Virus record (IMG/VR): IMGVR_UViG_3300010344_001170
Location: 1 to 64,000 of that record
DNA length: 64,000 nt
Source of the DNA: a virus
Lineage: Duplodnaviria; Caudoviricetes
Reading direction: 5' to 3' (one strand)
Notes under the pieces: generated by a model
What the model was told of the DNA's origin: nothing
The model's database searches: none
What the model saw: only the letters and a program-made list of their open reading frames with translations
Shown here: positions 36,718-46,166 of the stretch, one piece after another
How positions within the stretch are numbered: the stretch's first letter is position 1
Layout: each line of letters begins with the position of its first letter
Made by a program: the position numbers and the translations under genes

Positions 36718-39700
36718 TCTTTTAATTAGTTGTAAAGGAAATCCAGTAAATCCCTTTTCATTTTGTGTTTCCTTTTCAATCATTTTAATAATCTTACTAT
36801 TATTTAAAAAATTAACTAATTGATCCCCCTCATTTTTGTCTTTAACTAAATATCCAACAGAACTATGACCCGTTCCTACTTTTCCAGGATCATAAAACGA
36901 ATTTAAATTTTTTGAGATGGTTGTTGATGTTATAACCTTAGGATGATCAAATCCTTCAGTTTTATATTCATACCAATCATATAAATTTTTCATATATTGT
37001 GTGATTGTACTAACATGAGGAAATTTTCTATTTTCATCTCCCTTTTCACTTTTTCTTATTTCATTTGGATAATGAGAATTTGATTTAACATTCATTTCAA
37101 AATTATCGTTTTTTTCAATATCTTTGTAAAATTGTTTAATTTGAGAATTTTTTGATATTGGTAAAAATTTGTTCTTTTTAAATATAGGATCTATTGTAAC
37201 CCCATCCAAATTAAAATTTTTAGAAACAATCCAATAATCAATATTAACAATTCCTCCGACATCAAAAAAATTATTAGCCGAATCAAAAAATATTATATTA
37301 TTATTCCAAATTAATTCTTGCGCTTCTTTAATTGTTTTTTTAGGACCGGTTCTCCATAAATCTGGAGTTATAAAAGCTATTATTCCATTTTTATTTAAAA
37401 TAGAAAATCCAATTTCAACAAAATAATGCCATATTTTTGCTCCTGCATTAGAAACATTAGTACCTTTTTCTCGTTTAACTTCTTTTTGGAATGGCGGATT
37501 TCCTACAACAACATCGAATTTTGGCATTTTATTCCAATCTAAATTTAAACTATCTTTATTTAATAAATTATCTTTATATCCCTTATTATTTATAAGCTTT
37601 TTGGCTATAGAAGTTTTACCTCTTGCAATATCTACTCCCCATATCATTTCTTCTATTATATGTTTCTCTCTTTCTTTTTCATTTGGAATTGAATTCTTTA
37701 ATCCTTCCATTAATCGTTCTTTTATTCCTAAAATATATTTACCTGTACCCATACAAGGGTCACAAAAAGTTTTTTTTGGATCAGTCCATGTATCTTTTGG
37801 AAGTTTATCTAACATTTCATTAACAAGTTTACCAGGCGTACTTCCTTCTGCCGCACGAATAGCAAAATGTTGATTAACAAACTCATCAACCTTTTCTAAA
37901 CTTGCATTTCTTAAAATATCTCTTTCTTCATCTAAAAAATATTTTATATTTCTGTTGATTAAAACTTTGTTTATTAATCCTTTATCAACCCACATTTTAA
38001 GAGTATCTACATTTATCCCTGTAGTTTCTTCAAATAAATCCGGCGAGTCCGTATAAATTATATCGTCAATAGTTTCTTCTTCAGCAGCACTATTAAATAA
38101 GAATAATGGAATAGCAGATAATACTCCTGAAATTTTTTCAATTGTTTTTTTAATTAAATTTCGGTCTCCTTTTGTTAAATCTACATTAGCATCTGTAGAT
38201 TTGGCAGCTGTTTTAAATGACCTCTTTATATTTTTACCCAATTCAATTTCCTGATCATTTAATTCTATTTCTTTTCCTCTTTTTCCAACTATTAATCCAA
38301 GTAATGAGCCAATAACATCGTCATCAATTTTTTCAGGATTAAAATTCTTAATATTAGCAAATTTTTCAGAGAAGGATCCATAAACTCTAAAGTTCTCAAT
38401 AACATTATCAAAATTAACTTCAGTTAATTTATTATCTCTATGATCTAAGATTGGAGCATAATCCAAAAATTCTGTTATAGTTTCGCTTAATTTTTTAGAT
38501 CCAGTTTTGTCCATGTTTTCACATGATTCATAAACCATTGATAAACATCTTTGTGGATTAAAATCAAAAACATGACATTCTTGTTTATTATTTTGAACAT
38601 CAGGATTTTGACATCTAAATATAGCTTGCAGATATTCTTCAATTGATTTTCCACTATCTAACATTAAAACTCCGTTCCACTCAGGAACAGTTACCCCTTC
38701 TTTAAATCTATAACATGATAAAGTTATTGTTCTTTGTCCTTCATTTTTGGCTTTATTTATTTTTTCTTGGACATCTTTAATATTTGTAACAACATTTGAT
38801 GTAGCTGGAATTATAATATAATCCTCATATTCGGGCATTTTTTCCATTAATTTGGCCATTGCCTTAATTCCCTTTACATCTTTATCTAATACCCAGAAAG
38901 TATGATCTAAATTTGCGACACTTCGATATGGTGACATCGTTTTATGTACTCCTTCACCTGCAATTTGACGCAACAGAATTTCCATGGAACCTTCATCTTT
39001 TAATTTTCCTCCTTCAGTAGCTAACATTTTTCGCATTGTAAATCCTTCTTCAGGAGTATAAAAAGATGCTCGACTTTTTGCCTCTTCACTTATTTCCATT
39101 AAATGAAAATGCATAGTTGGCATTTGTAAGTGTGTTCCATATCCTTTATCTTTTTCTTCTCTTTTCTTTTGTTGTTCGTCGATGTAAGACCAAGAATATA
39201 TTTGATCATCATCAAATCTTCCCATGGCAATATCTTTCATAGAAGATCCCAAAACATACACCATGTATTTATATTTTAACGCTTCTAATAATTTCTTAAA
39301 TCTAAATGTACTGCCTCCATAATGATATTCATCAGCAATAACCATATCGAAATTAATTTTGGCTAATTTTCGAATATTTCTAGCCATATCTTGAATGACC
39401 TCTGTTTCTATTCCTTCTTCCTCTTCATATCCAAAAATATTTATATTTTCATTTTCGTGTAATGCTAATTGAGCTGATGACATAAATACTGTTGGAGCTT
39501 CTTTTGATTCTTCTAAGTTTCTTTCCTTTTTAAAATCAACGATTTTCCATCCATCAAAATTGACATGACCTTTTATATCTTGTTCAAGAGAATCAAATAC
39601 ATGAGGTTTATAAGTAAGAACTAAAATATTTTTCATTCCCATTGTTTTAGCCACATTTAATAAGGTGAAATTTTTTCCAAATCTCATTTTTGCAGCTAAT

Positions 39701-40707
39701 AAGAATTCTTTTCCTCCTTTTTCAAAATAATTAACTATCTTATCATGTGCTTCCTTTTGTTCAGGACGCATGTCGTATGATTTTGGTTTTTCGGAATCAT
39801 ATAAAACACCGCTGATAATTTCTTTTAATTTTTCAAATGAAACACCTCCAAAAACTTCAGTACTTTTGCCTACAGTTCCTCGAAAACCTCCTTTTTCTCT
39901 AATCTTCTTTTGAACAGCATGTTCTGCATCATAGGCGTGTTTAAATCCTTTGTTGGATTCTGACGATAAATATTCATCTAATCGTTTAGCATAAATGATA
40001 ACAGTCCCATCCATTGTAACCCCTCTATAACTTTTTATAGTTTGAAGGGGAGTTTTGGCTTCTCCTTGAGATCCATATTGACCAAATTTTAGAGGAATAT
40101 TTCCTTTTTTAGGATCTTCTTTGAGATATTTAATTTCAGTCCAAATATAAAGACCTTGACCCGGCTTTTTTAAATCATCTGTTTGATATAAATCTGTTAA
40201 ACAATAAAAACCTTTTTCTAATCTTTTTATTCCTAATGATTTCTCATCAACTGAGAACATTCTTGAATTCATATCATCGTCTGAATAATTATTATCATCT
40301 TGTTGAGCATAAATATCAAGAGTTCTAGGAGGCTCTTGTTTTAATTTAGTATCTGGAGAAACTATATTCTGAGGAGGTTTTTCTTCAATCGTGTTTTTTT
40401 CTCTGTGTTTCTTTTGCACTTGAAATTGATATTCTCTAAAACTTTGAAAATTATTAATATCTTTATCTAATTTTAAATTCTTTTCTTTTTGTACATTAAA
40501 TGTCTGTTTCAAATCATTGAAATTAATTCCCTGAAAAACCCATTGTGCAAATTTACCTGCATAATCTGGATCATTTTTGATTAATTCAAAAAATTCTTTA
40601 TATTCAGGATCATTTGTGGAAATATCATTTTGAGCAAATAATTCTTGCGCTTGCTCAATATTTTCTAATAATTTGAATTGTGGTAAGGATTCACAAACCA
40701 ATATCAT
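36670..40707 (-). CDS. single-chain nuclease-SF2 helicase-N6 methyltransferase-TRD (Type IIG/ISP-like) with VxES leader
   Basis: MILVCES..LLE leader; T5orf172/GIY-YIG-like segment LKFGQ..AEHAVQ..EVF; AKMRFGKN, DEYH, QAIFRCQNP; STP..V, FCDPCMGTG, GNPPF. Confidence 0.85.
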   Translation of the reverse strand: MILVCESLPQFKLLENIEQAQELFAQNDISTNDPEYKEFFELIKNDPDYAGKFAQWVFQGINFNDLKQTFNVQKEKNLKLDKDINNFQSFREYQFQVQKKHREKNTIEEKPPQNIVSPDTKLKQEPPRTLDIYAQQDDNNYSDDDMNSRMFSVDEKSLGIKRLEKGFYCLTDLYQTDDLKKPGQGLYIWTEIKYLKEDPKKGNIPLKFGQYGSQGEAKTPLQTIKSYRGVTMDGTVIIYAKRLDEYLSSESNKGFKHAYDAEHAVQKKIREKGGFRGTVGKSTEVFGGVSFEKLKEIISGVLYDSEKPKSYDMRPEQKEAHDKIVNYFEKGGKEFLLAAKMRFGKNFTLLNVAKTMGMKNILVLTYKPHVFDSLEQDIKGHVNFDGWKIVDFKKERNLEESKEAPTVFMSSAQLALHENENINIFGYEEEEGIETEVIQDMARNIRKLAKINFDMVIADEYHYGGSTFRFKKLLEALKYKYMVYVLGSSMKDIAMGRFDDDQIYSWSYIDEQQKKREEKDKGYGTHLQMPTMHFHLMEISEEAKSRASFYTPEEGFTMRKMLATEGGKLKDEGSMEILLRQIAGEGVHKTMSPYRSVANLDHTFWVLDKDVKGIKAMAKLMEKMPEYEDYIIIPATSNVVTNIKDVQEKINKAKNEGQRTITLSCYRFKEGVTVPEWNGVLMLDSGKSIEEYLQAIFRCQNPDVQNNKQECHVFDFNPQRCLSMVYESCENMDKTGSKKLSETITEFLDYAPILDHRDNKLTEVNFDNVIENFRVYGSFSEKFANIKNFNPEKIDDDVIGSLLGLIVGKRGKEIELNDQEIELGKNIKRSFKTAAKSTDANVDLTKGDRNLIKKTIEKISGVLSAIPLFLFNSAAEEETIDDIIYTDSPDLFEETTGINVDTLKMWVDKGLINKVLINRNIKYFLDEERDILRNASLEKVDEFVNQHFAIRAAEGSTPGKLVNEMLDKLPKDTWTDPKKTFCDPCMGTGKYILGIKERLMEGLKNSIPNEKEREKHIIEEMIWGVDIARGKTSIAKKLINNKGYKDNLLNKDSLNLDWNKMPKFDVVVGNPPFQKEVKREKGTNVSNAGAKIWHYFVEIGFSILNKNGIIAFITPDLWRTGPKKTIKEAQELIWNNNIIFFDSANNFFDVGGIVNIDYWIVSKNFNLDGVTIDPIFKKNKFLPISKNSQIKQFYKDIEKNDNFEMNVKSNSHYPNEIRKSEKGDENRKFPHVSTITQYMKNLYDWYEYKTEGFDHPKVITSTTISKNLNSFYDPGKVGTGHSSVGYLVKDKNEGDQLVNFLNNSKIIKMIEKETQNEKGFTGFPLQLIKRIPKSWVERFNDGEDL

Positions 40708-40714
40708 GACAAGA

Positions 40715-40731
40715 TTTTATTTTATATATTT
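40715..40731 (-). promoter_or_regulatory. putative late promoter for the helicase-MTase operon
   Basis: Reverse complement AAATATATAAAATAAAA. Confidence 0.55.
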
Positions 40732-40760
40732 AGAAAAACTAAGTTCCACTAAACCAATAT

Positions 40761-40777
40761 AAATATATAAAGAAAAA
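40761..40777 (+). promoter_or_regulatory. putative late promoter for the portal gene
   Basis: AAATATATAAAGAAAAA. Confidence 0.5.
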
Positions 40778-40788
40778 GTATATAGCTC

Positions 40789-42636
40789 ATGGCAGGATTT
40801 ACCTTGCGTTCGCTCGATAACAAAGGAGCAGGTTTAGTTTCAAGAATACAACGTAATATTCGTTACCTTGCATCCTTAGGGATGAAATGGGATCACGAAC
40901 TTCTTCAGCAATCAAAATCTATAGGTATTGCTGAGGCCCAAATGGATTCAATGTATGGCCTCTATTATCAACAGGGTCAATACATGGGGCTCGACGTTGG
41001 TCAAAAAGAATTCATTGCATTTTATGATAAAGAGTACCCTACACGTAGAGATTTTCTACGTAAATTTGCAATGAATGGAGAAATCGAACACGTTCTTGAA
41101 GTAATCTCTGATGAAACAATTATTTTTGACGATCAAAACTATTTTGCTTACCCAGCAACCAGAGAATTGAAATCTGTTTTAAAACAAGAAAAAGCAAAAG
41201 AAATTATTGACGATTTAAACGAATCTTATAAGAAAATATACTTTGCCTTTGGTTTCAACAAAGGACATGATGCATGGCATTATTGCAAAAAATTCTTAAT
41301 TGACGGTTTCTTAGCATTCGAAGTTATTTATGATGGCGAAGGAACAGATGATGCAAAGAATGTTATTGGTTTTAAAGAATTAGATCCTGTTTCTCTTGAA
41401 CCAGAAATAAGAAAAGATACAGATGGAAAAGAATATCGTGTTTGGATTCAGTATCGTGGTGATTCACAACGTCAAAGAGAATTATTAGATTCCAACTTAA
41501 TTTATATTTCATGGGCACGTGGTAATTTCATTTCAAGACTTTCATATGTTGAACGTTTAGTTCGTTCATTCAATATGTTAAGAACTCTTGAAAATTCACG
41601 TATTATTTGGAACGTATGGAACGCTCAGATGCGTGTTAAAATAATCGTGCCGATTGGAACTCAATCAGAAGCAAAAGCACGTACAAGACTTTCCGAACTT
41701 CGTGGTATGTATAAAGAAGAACTCTCGATTGATGATCAATCAGGAGAAGTTAATTACAATGGACAAGTTCAGTTCCCATTTGCAAAAACATTTGTTATTC
41801 CATCAAGAGATGGACAGCAAACTGAAATTGATGGTTTCCAACCAACTGGTTATGACCTTTCAAATATCGATGCATTAAAGTATTTCTGGCAAAGATTTAT
41901 TATTGAGACAAAGGTTCCATCATCTCGTTTCTCAAATGATCCTGCAAACGGCCCAGTAGGCACCTGGAGTGCCAATGCCGAAGGTATTGCTAGAGAAGAA
42001 TTAAGATTTGAAAACTTCATTACAAGAATTAGATCTATTTTACAAGAAATAGTTTTAAAACCAGCATGGTTACAATTCTGTTTAAAACATCCTGAATTTG
42101 CAAAGGATGAATCTTTAAGAGCTGCAGTTGGTCTTGATTATGTTGATGAAAACTTATTTGCTGAAGCTAAGGAAAGAGACCTTGCTGAAAAGGCTGCAAA
42201 TACAGTTACAACCCTTATGAACATCAAACAACCTACTGTAATGCCAGACGGAAGTCCCGGTGAAGAAAACTATTTTGATGCTAAGTTCTTAGTTGAGAAG
42301 TACATGTCATTAACTGATATGGATATTAAACTCAATGAAAAATATAAGAAAGAACGTAGAGATGAAGTACGTAAACTTGCTGCTGCTTATGCACGTATAG
42401 CTGCTGCTAGAGGAACTGCTGCTGGTGGTGGAATGGAAGGTGGTGCAGGTGGATTTGGTGGTGCTGGAGGATTAGGCGGCGGTGAATTTGGTGGATTAGG
42501 TGGTGCTGAAGCCGGAGCAGGAGAACTTGGTGGTCTTGGAGGTACTGAAGAACTTGGCGGATTAGGTGGAGAAGAAGAAGGTGGCGAATTAGGAGGAGAA
42601 GAAACAGCAACCGAAGAAACTCCACCAGCAAAATAA
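40789..42636 (+). CDS. gp20: portal vertex protein (T4 gp20-like)
   Basis: EIEHVLEVISDE, FLIDG.LAFE, ELDP, VRSFNMLRTLENSRII, IPSRDG, IETKVPSSRF, IAREELRF; Gly/Glu-rich tail. Confidence 0.9.
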   Translation: MAGFTLRSLDNKGAGLVSRIQRNIRYLASLGMKWDHELLQQSKSIGIAEAQMDSMYGLYYQQGQYMGLDVGQKEFIAFYDKEYPTRRDFLRKFAMNGEIEHVLEVISDETIIFDDQNYFAYPATRELKSVLKQEKAKEIIDDLNESYKKIYFAFGFNKGHDAWHYCKKFLIDGFLAFEVIYDGEGTDDAKNVIGFKELDPVSLEPEIRKDTDGKEYRVWIQYRGDSQRQRELLDSNLIYISWARGNFISRLSYVERLVRSFNMLRTLENSRIIWNVWNAQMRVKIIVPIGTQSEAKARTRLSELRGMYKEELSIDDQSGEVNYNGQVQFPFAKTFVIPSRDGQQTEIDGFQPTGYDLSNIDALKYFWQRFIIETKVPSSRFSNDPANGPVGTWSANAEGIAREELRFENFITRIRSILQEIVLKPAWLQFCLKHPEFAKDESLRAAVGLDYVDENLFAEAKERDLAEKAANTVTTLMNIKQPTVMPDGSPGEENYFDAKFLVEKYMSLTDMDIKLNEKYKKERRDEVRKLAAAYARIAAARGTAAGGGMEGGAGGFGGAGGLGGGEFGGLGGAEAGAGELGGLGGTEELGGLGGEEEGGELGGEETATEETPPAK

Positions 42637-42645
42637 AAACTATTT

Positions 42646-43935
42646 ATGGGGTTATTACGACATAATGGAAAATTATTAAGATTTTCTAATAAGCTTGTTT
42701 CTTTTGGAGGTGAAGAACCTACTTATGAACTTACATTTGATTTGACTGTTATTCGTAATCAAGAAATGGATAACACTGTCGGAGATGCAGGTTCTACAGA
42801 TCTTTATGTATCTGCTATTGACGGAAACACTTTAACTGTTCCTAATCTTCCTTCCTATTCGAAATTTTATGAAACAAATACATGGATAGTTAAAAACACG
42901 TCAGTTAACGGCACTGCAGTATTATGTACAAGCATAAATGATGTAGCTAAAACAGTTACATTAACGAGTGTATCTGGTTTTTCAGTAGGAACAAGAATAG
43001 CATTATTAAATCCATATTTAAACTGGGAATTTTCAGGAAATCAATCATCAAGCCCTTCTATACCTGCTAATGGTGGTATATCATGGATGAGTTCAGAAAC
43101 CGGTGGAGGGACTATTCTTCCTCCTAAAGATGGTGTAAAAAGATGGTTATTTTTTGGAAACAACGGAGCAGTTAATAGCATGGGATTGGCAACTTCTTCT
43201 GATTGGCAAACTTGGGATGTATCAAATAATCAACAACCAGTTTTAATGGCGTCAGAAGTTCCTGGAGGTCCTACAAGTATTTATGCGGCAGGAAGCTACG
43301 TAATGGTAGATAATAGCATATGTTGTTTGCTCGGAACTAACTTAGGAGCAAGAATAATGTGTTTTGATAATGATGTTTCAAATTTTTCGTTTGGACCAAT
43401 AATTTCAGCAACAGGCGTATCAGCACCTGGAGGGTTGGCAAAAATAGGAGATTATTATCATATTCTCATAATGGATACGAGCTCTGGATTTACGAAACGA
43501 GAAATTCAAGCTCTAAAATCAACCAATGTTGAAGGCCCTTATACAAAATATCAGAGTATTATTCATGGTGCTATAGCGCCATATGGAACTGCGTGGGATT
43601 ATGCCTGTGATATGCCGGTAATAATCAATGACGGGGTAAATATAATGGGAATTTTTGGTGGGCAGCAACAAGCAGGTTCTCTCGGTTCAGGAGTAGGTTA
43701 TCAAAATAGAGAAGGAATATTGTTGGATTTTGATAAAGATACAGAAACATGGTCTATAAATACAAAAGGGCCGGCCTTTATAAATCCAGTTGACTGGCCC
43801 GGGGCTCCTTGGTATTATGATCATGTTGGAGCAGCAATTTCTACTTATATAGATGGTAGTACAATGTATATGGGAGCAACTTTTAAGGGATATGCTGCTA
43901 CTATGCTTAAGTTAAAAAATTTTAATCAAATATAA
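42646..43935 (+). CDS. putative virion beta-rich (propeller-like) protein
   Basis: G/S/T/N-rich beta composition; follows the portal gene. Confidence 0.6.
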   Translation: MGLLRHNGKLLRFSNKLVSFGGEEPTYELTFDLTVIRNQEMDNTVGDAGSTDLYVSAIDGNTLTVPNLPSYSKFYETNTWIVKNTSVNGTAVLCTSINDVAKTVTLTSVSGFSVGTRIALLNPYLNWEFSGNQSSSPSIPANGGISWMSSETGGGTILPPKDGVKRWLFFGNNGAVNSMGLATSSDWQTWDVSNNQQPVLMASEVPGGPTSIYAAGSYVMVDNSICCLLGTNLGARIMCFDNDVSNFSFGPIISATGVSAPGGLAKIGDYYHILIMDTSSGFTKREIQALKSTNVEGPYTKYQSIIHGAIAPYGTAWDYACDMPVIINDGVNIMGIFGGQQQAGSLGSGVGYQNREGILLDFDKDTETWSINTKGPAFINPVDWPGAPWYYDHVGAAISTYIDGSTMYMGATFKGYAATMLKLKNFNQI

Positions 43936-43940
43936 TTATT

Positions 43941-44048
43941 ATGGAAACAGCATTAGAATTATTACAACAGTTATGGCCTATTGCAGTAATAATGGTATTA
44001 CTTATTGGAATACTGATAGCGACCAGAGAGAAAAAGCAAAAGAAATAA
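43941..44048 (+). CDS. 35-aa single-TM peptide (not in ORF track)
   Basis: METALELLQQLWPIAVIMVLLIGILIATREKKQKK*. Confidence 0.55.
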   Translation: METALELLQQLWPIAVIMVLLIGILIATREKKQKK

Positions 44049-44072
44049 AAGGGGGATTATTCCCCCTTTCTT
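44048..44072. terminator. bidirectional intrinsic terminator
   Basis: AAAGGGGGA-TTAT-TCCCCCTTT between convergent genes. Confidence 0.8.
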
Positions 44073-44548
44073 TCTAATGACTCGATATATTTACTGATCG
44101 TTTCGTCTGGACAACTCATTAACTCAATTCCTAAAATGGAAGCAGACCTTGTTGCTTGAATCAGCAATTTTCTGGCTTCAACCTGAGCGTTGTGTTTTAT
44201 TTCAGAAATAGAAATTAATCTCTTCTGAACTTCACCGGTTTCAGAGGTGTTCTTTTTGTTGTCAAAATACCGGGTAGTTTGTTCTTTTACAATTTTTCTC
44301 ATTTCTTCAATGATCGCATCAGCCATAAGCATCGATGGTTCTTGGGTGGTCTTGAGAATAAAACTTCTGTTCGTTACTTTTGCAAGAATTCCTTTTCTTT
44401 GAAGAGCCATACCAAAGATGTTTTTTGAGACCCCGTATTCTTCTGCTATCGCAGATACATGGTTTACCTCTCCATTGTTCTGATGGCATACATCAAAAAC
44501 ATGTTGTATTGCCTTTAGAGTTTGTTCTCTTTTTGTTTGTATATTCAT
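44057..44548 (-). CDS. hypothetical, possibly DNA-binding protein
   Basis: ATG at 44548 downstream of TATATTCG (44568-44575); HTH-like SAIAEEYGVSK. Confidence 0.7.
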   Translation of the reverse strand: MNIQTKREQTLKAIQHVFDVCHQNNGEVNHVSAIAEEYGVSKNIFGMALQRKGILAKVTNRSFILKTTQEPSMLMADAIIEEMRKIVKEQTTRYFDNKKNTSETGEVQKRLISISEIKHNAQVEARKLLIQATRSASILGIELMSCPDETISKYIESLERKGE

Positions 44549-44587
44549 ATTTTTAAGTTTTAGTAAGCGAATATAAACAAAATTTTT

Positions 44588-44604
44588 GAATAAATAAAAT
44601 AAAA
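44588..44604 (+). promoter_or_regulatory. putative late promoter
   Basis: GAATAAATAAAATAAAA. Confidence 0.55.
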
Positions 44605-44615
44605 TCATAAAAATT

Positions 44616-44903
44616 ATGAAAAAACTTTGGGAAAAAATTAAAGCTTTTGCCCTATCAATATGGGAAAAGATTAAAAAATGGTTTTTAAATACAGCTTGGC
44701 CATGGATCAAGAAATCTTGGATTCAAATTGTAAACGTATTAATTGTACTATTTGCATATGGTAAATTAGATGATCTTGGATCTCCAGCAGCAGGTCTCGT
44801 TGGATTATGGGGATTTATCCTATTAGTTTATTGGATTTTCTGGAAATTCTTTGGTGCTGACAAAGTTATTAAAGCCTGGTGGGAACAAAGAAAGAAAAAG
44901 TAA
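44616..44903 (+). CDS. small two-TM protein (holin-like topology)
   Basis: Amphipathic W/K-rich N-terminus, two TMs, basic C-terminus, late motif upstream. Confidence 0.55.
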   Translation: MKKLWEKIKAFALSIWEKIKKWFLNTAWPWIKKSWIQIVNVLIVLFAYGKLDDLGSPAAGLVGLWGFILLVYWIFWKFFGADKVIKAWWEQRKKK

Positions 44904-45821
44904 ATGCGTGCGCGTTTAGTAAATGAATCGTACAATTTAGGTTTTAAAAAATCCTATCAATATCTCCAAGAGGTAATTAAGAGATTAATGCCTCTTGAGA
45001 GATATTTCGCTTATAAGAATTATCAAGATAGAACAGATAATTTAGATGATTCGACGTATGGACTTAGATTAATTGTTAGAACAGAAGACGATTTATCACA
45101 AGAAATAAAAGATTTACTAGAAGGATTTGACGATAATCTTGATTTAAATAAAGTTGACAGAGATGAATCTCGATCTCCTCATTATGAACAACACGGACTT
45201 TATGATTGGAGAATTCCTAAGAAAAAAAATTATTGGGATTTTGTGAAAGAAAATCCAAAAATGTTACAGAGTGATGCTGATACCATGACCCATGATGTAG
45301 TGTTAACTTTAATTGACATGGCTGGCGGGGTAGGAAGTATGTTAGCTAACTATAATTATTATAGCTTAAAAGACTTCTTAAACAGCATGAGAGATTTCAT
45401 GGATAAAAAAGAATTTAAAGATTATGTAAAAAGAGTCCATGAAAAATTTCCATATCTTGGTGATAACAAAAGAAAATTCTTAGGAAAAACAAATGAAAGC
45501 ATACGAAATCCAAATCCTGTTTTACGTCCAAAATCTAAAGAAGAAATAGAAAAAGAATTTGGAAATCAATACGCTGGATTTAAAGAAGCAAGAGAAGGAT
45601 TTGAACCTTTTGTAGTTAAAGCTTGGATGAGAGATCCAGGATACGGTTATCAATATGTTCTTTTGTTTTTAATAAAATTTACAGAGTTAAGAGAATATGG
45701 TCTTTGCATTTATGACTATGAGAAAGAAGAATTTGTACAAGAACCTGGAACTCTTGATGATTATGGATTAACATATGAAGAGTTCATGATTAAATACGAA
45801 GACTATTTAAATTTTATTTAA
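44904..45821 (+). CDS. composite protein with N-terminal and internal leader copies
   Basis: MRARLVNES; internal TNESIRNPNPVLRPKSKEEI. Confidence 0.8.
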   Translation: MRARLVNESYNLGFKKSYQYLQEVIKRLMPLERYFAYKNYQDRTDNLDDSTYGLRLIVRTEDDLSQEIKDLLEGFDDNLDLNKVDRDESRSPHYEQHGLYDWRIPKKKNYWDFVKENPKMLQSDADTMTHDVVLTLIDMAGGVGSMLANYNYYSLKDFLNSMRDFMDKKEFKDYVKRVHEKFPYLGDNKRKFLGKTNESIRNPNPVLRPKSKEEIEKEFGNQYAGFKEAREGFEPFVVKAWMRDPGYGYQYVLLFLIKFTELREYGLCIYDYEKEEFVQEPGTLDDYGLTYEEFMIKYEDYLNFI

Positions 45822-45865
45822 CAGATTTTTAACAGATCTTATTTTTGTTTTTGACATATAATTAT

Positions 45866-45873
45866 TATATTTG
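45866..45873 (+). promoter_or_regulatory. host-type promoter
   Basis: TATATTTG, exact TAnnTTTG match. Confidence 0.6.
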
Positions 45874-45893
45874 TAATCCTTAAATCAAATTAC

Positions 45894-46166
45894 ATGTTAC
45901 TAGTTGCAGAAATTATTTTAACTATCTTCGCCTGGAAAAAAGGCTGGAGATGGTGGGCTTTAGTACCTGTTGCACTCGCATTATTAATTGGTCTCTTTAT
46001 GGGAATGGGTGTTGGCGCATCCGGTGGTGATGTTGACAGTGTCAGAGGTATATCCATTGTTCTCGACGTAATTGCAGTCATAGCTCTTATAGTTATGGTT
46101 ACAAAAGGGCCGAAAACTAACGAAGTAGAAGAAACTAAAGATATTGAGAATGCTCCTCGGAGCTAG
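45894..46166 (+). CDS. small multi-TM membrane protein
   Basis: Three hydrophobic segments. Confidence 0.75.
   Translation: MLLVAEIILTIFAWKKGWRWWALVPVALALLIGLFMGMGVGASGGDVDSVRGISIVLDVIAVIALIVMVTKGPKTNEVEETKDIENAPRS

Noticed and set aside
35761-37570. Diversity-generating retroelement or invertase shufflon at the TRD repeats
   Set aside because: No reverse transcriptase or site-specific recombinase in the window, repeats are direct rather than inverted, and differences are not adenine-specific.
44549-44710. 5' extension of the minus-strand ORF 44057..44710
   Set aside because: It overlaps the plus-strand gene 44616 and two promoter motifs; the ATG at 44548 fits the promoter.
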